DNA from: Utricularia gibba
Taxonomy: Eukaryota > Plantae > Magnoliophyta
Reading direction: 5' to 3'
DNA length: 64,000 nucleotides
Assembly: GCA_002189035.1 (NCBI GenBank)
Contig: NEEC01000020.1
Location: 1,240,001-1,304,000 of the forward strand
Shown: one piece after another, positions 60,730 to 64,000 of the stretch
Layout of the letters: the number at the start of each line of letters is the position of its first letter
Numbering within the stretch: position 1 is the first letter of the stretch
Notes under the pieces: generated by a model
What the model was told of the DNA's origin: nothing
Database searches by the model: none
Seen by the model: the letters and a program-made list of their open reading frames with translations, nothing else
Made by a program: the position numbers and the translations under genes

Positions 60730-63355
60730 CCCACATATGCCAAATGTTTGTATAATTATGTTTAAAGGCATTGTGCTCGTAATTCACCGACTAAGGAAGC
60801 TGACATCTACTCTTTCCCTACCTCTTCTTCTAATATCTCGATTAAATTCTTTTTTCGGTAGGAGTTTTCTCGTTTATTCTCTTTTGCCTTTGAGTACTTG
60901 AGTATATGATAATTTCCCTTTCTATTTTGCATGGCTTTTTAAGGTTCCCTTTTTGGGTTCCTTTGAGAGTTGAGTTTTGCATTGTCTTTTCCTTTTTTTG
61001 AACTTTTAGATGAGATCCCTAGCTATTGTGGAATCTCCTAATGAAAATAGGATTCATCTCCTTTGATCTTAGTTGGGTCTTCTCCTTGAAGTCCTGAAAT
61101 TTACTAAACCTAAAGTTGAAAATTGGGATGGGCTGGGTTGACCCGACTCTATTTGAAAGGGCCCTCATTGTGACTATCCCGAAAAGGGGTACTGATGTTT
61201 TTTCTCAAACTCACTTGGCTTATGTGTGTTTTGGGCAAAATGGGATGCCTTTTGATCGAAAGTTACCTGAGGGAAGCCGGGAAATAGTGGGAGATGGTGA
61301 AAGGGGCTGGAAGACAACATGGTGAGCTGAGTAGACAAGCATGGACAACACAATCCAGCATGCGAATAGCGCTGGTGAGGAAGGCTAGCATGGCACGGGA
61401 TGTGCGTAGGCAGCATGTGAGTGAGACATCATACGAATAGCATTGGCGAGCAAGGGCATGCGCAAGCAGCGCGATGGCGAGACATCATGCGAGTAGCATT
61501 GGTGAGCAGGGATATGCAAGTGCGATGGTGAGACATCAGGTGAGTAGCACTAGTGAGCAAGGACATGTATGGGCAGTGCGATGGCGAGACATCATGTGAG
61601 CAGCGCTACGCAAGTAGGACATGCATGGGCATCGCGATGGCAAGCAATCATGTGAGCAGCGCTGACGAGCAAGACATGTGCGGACATGACATCATGTGAG
61701 TAGCAATGGTGAGCAAGGACATGGTATGCACAGCACAAGACGAGACATCGTACGAGTAGTATGGCGAATAAGGCTGGTAAGGTAGCGTGTGAACAGTGCA
61801 TGTGTAGAGGCTAGCGAGCGAACAAGGAAGCATCATGTGCGATAGAGGCTAACGGACATGCATGGAGGTTAGTGCGCAAGCAGCATGCGTGGAGGCTAGA
61901 CGGGCGCGTAGGAAGGCACACATAGAAGTTAACAGGCGAGTAGGCAAGCATTGCATGTAGAGGCTAGAAGGAGCAAAAGTCAGTAGGCACAAAGGTTAGC
62001 TCGTGCAGAGGTTAGTGCGCATAGATGCTAGCGCACGCAGAGGCAAGCAGGCACGCATGCGTGTGCGTGCAGTAGGACATCAGCGCGGATTGTGCATGAA
62101 TGGGACATGCTCTCAACATATGTGGGATATGGTATAGTTGGTGACACGCATGACATGGAGAGATATGGAAAGATTTGGCAAAGACTCAATCAAGGGAAGT
62201 TCCTAATCCAAGGGAAGATCAAATCTCGCTAGATATGGAAGATATGGTCAAAGAAAGAAGTTTCCTATATTTAAGAAATCGAATCTTAGAGATATGGAAA
62301 TATCCATAAGGGGGATCAAGAGGAGCCTAAACTCTATAAAAGGAGAAGGGTCGAAGCCTTCCTTCCCCTCCCACACTCCCACATCACGAAGGCATCAAGG
62401 TAAAGGGCAGCAAGGCGAAAGGCTGATGGACCGTAAGGAGGCAAGGAGGGGAAGAAGGTGCTTTGATCTGGTAAGGGGTAGTCCATATGGTTTTAAAGAC
62501 AAACATGAGTGTTCTATTGTATCAAGGGCATAGATCAAGGGTATAGTGAGTCAAGGAATGTATGACCGATGCCAATCAAGGAGAGGGAAGGGGAGATGGC
62601 TACCCCAACCCAAAGGCAATGCGCTTACGCGGGATTCATGCCATTCAAGGGAACCTACGGGTTCAATCAAGGGGGCATTGGTCAGTCAAGGGATCGAAAG
62701 ATCATCAAGGGAAGACCTTTGGGTCGATCAAGGGTCAAGGAAAGGGTCTTAGGACCACCATCGATTATCGTTTCTTCTTCTTTACATGTTTATATGGTTA
62801 AGGTCATGTATAGTACATGATTAACCCCTTATAGGTCTTGTAAGGACGTACGGGAATGAGAACATGGATGGGTAGGCAGGGTGGATGGCGAGGATGAGGC
62901 AGTCGAATGATGGTGGTCAAGGGAGTACTTGAGACGCGTCACGTGAACCATATATGATTTGCTTCTTTCCTATTCTTCTCCTCTTGTTTGGACTCGACCC
63001 TTTTTGGCTAAGTATGAATGAAAGATTATTTTTGATGTTTTGCTAACCTCTATGCCTAGGACCCCACATGTGGATAGACATGACGAGAATAGACACTGCA
63101 CGTGGGTGAGATTATACCAGGCATGCACACAGGATGTGCAGCATAGGATACCTTGCAAGCGGAGTGTGATGTTGCGATCACGATACAAGCGTGCACGGTG
63201 ATGGTCCTTCCAAGTAGGGTGTCGTCGAGGATCATTACACCTCGTCATGTTTTGAGCTAGGGTCGAGCTAAAGCCGAATTATACAAAGAGATGATATTAC
63301 CCTAGTCCGATTATTATTGGATCGGGCTAACCCTATTCGTCGTAGGGGTGCACCA
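60730..63355 (+). mobile_element. Truncated Ty3/Gypsy (Tat/Retand-like) element: 3' internal stretch, PPT and ~2.1-kb LTR (61193-~63355)
   Basis: PPT-like CCCGAAAAGGGGTAC directly followed by TGATG (61193); TATA-like CTATAAAAGG (~62334); GC-rich tandem arrays in the presumed U3. The right end (CA at 63354-55) is tentative and no coding region remains. Confidence 0.55.
61410..62090 (+). repeat. GC-rich tandem arrays: about seven ~52-bp units, then shorter GCATG..GAGGCTAG units
   Basis: GCGATGGCGAGACATCATG(C/T)GAG(T/C)AGCA(T/C)TGG(T/C)GAGCAAGGACAT recurs between ~61420 and 61760. The second motif runs ~61800-62060. Confidence 0.85.
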
Positions 63356-63554
63356 TTTAATAAATAAAATATTTTGAAAAATTATTAAATAGTAATATAT
63401 ATTTAATATTATTTAATTAATTTATAAAAAACTAATTTAAAATTATTATGTGATTTATTAATTCATATTATTTATCTAAATAATAAAATAGTGTATATAT
63501 AATGAATTAAAATTAAAATTAATTATAATTATAATGCATAAAAATTTTATTTTT

Positions 63555-64000
63555 AAGTTGGCCCTTCCTGTCGAGCTTTTGGGCCCTAAACCCAATCAGC
63601 CTTAAGGGCTTCGGGCAAAAAAGCCCGAAGAAATTTTGGGTCATCTATTTACAAGTCCAAGCCCAAAATATGTTGGGCCGGTTCGGGCCAACCCACGGGT
63701 TTGGGCTTAGATTTTCATCTCTAACTGAACCTTAGAAAGCCGAAGGTCTCCTCTTTTTTGTTAAACTCGACGGCTGGCGTAGGCGTCCACCAGATTCCCG
63801 CAATCTGCAAAGGATTTCCGAAGTTCCGTCGCGCCCCATCCTTTCGGGAAAGCCGCGACATAGTATGTGGCAGTAACCCGCAAAAGGGCTTCCCAAAAGT
63901 ATTCTTACTCCTTTCGTGTGTCTGGAAATCCTCTGTCTTTGCCATCGGCCGGTCTACTTCCCCTTGCATTCACTGGACTCCAAGCCCCAGCGCCGGTCGC
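63555..64000 (+). promoter_or_regulatory. Site II-rich promoter-like region and GC-rich 5' leader of a gene beyond the window
   Basis: Multiple TGGGCC/GGCCC/GCCCA motifs at 63558-63710, followed by GC-rich sequence running off the window end. No long ATG-initiated plus-strand ORF. Confidence 0.45.

Noticed and set aside
62839-63239. Possible nested TGTAA...TTACA solo LTR
   Set aside because: Flanks GGTCT and CCTCG do not form a TSD, so it cannot be separated from the surrounding LTR.
60683-63354. Possible TIR pair GGAGCACCCTA / GGTGCACCCCTA
   Set aside because: Only ~12 bp of imperfect match plus one short internal match, and no TSD.

Overview
AT-rich land-plant nuclear DNA, probably a eudicot, with spliced genes separated by transposon debris. 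Eight protein-coding genes are supported: FAD synthase (5'-partial), an uncharacterised coiled-coil gene, ROPGEF1, condensin subunit CAP-H, a METTL6-like RNA methyltransferase, an intronless cytosolic cyclophilin, FIONA1/METTL16, and a cold-shock-domain protein with two CCHC knuckles. FIO1 and the CSP gene are head-to-head across only 309 bp. Between ROPGEF1 and CAP-H lies a ~15 kb transposon island: a Copia element whose PBS matches tRNA-Trp, an Athila-like remnant, and a three-tier Mutator nest. The outer MULE (~240-bp TIRs, degenerate 10-bp TSD) has a second MULE inserted in its transposase intron. That inner element carries a spliced Ulp1/SUMO-protease gene and 30-bp-phased terminal motif arrays, and itself contains a foldback MITE with a 9-bp TSD. 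Also present: an Athila-like solo LTR with TSD, a collapsed LTR-PBS-LTR element, and a Tat-like LTR with GC-rich tandem arrays. No tRNA, rRNA, snRNA, recognisable miRNA or CRISPR array was found, and I cannot claim a wholly new system. The best candidates for follow-up are the Ulp1-bearing nested MULE, the Trp-primed Copia and the FIO1/CSP pair. Family assignments come from manual translation and recalled consensus sequences, not database searches. TE boundaries are approximate unless a TSD is quoted.
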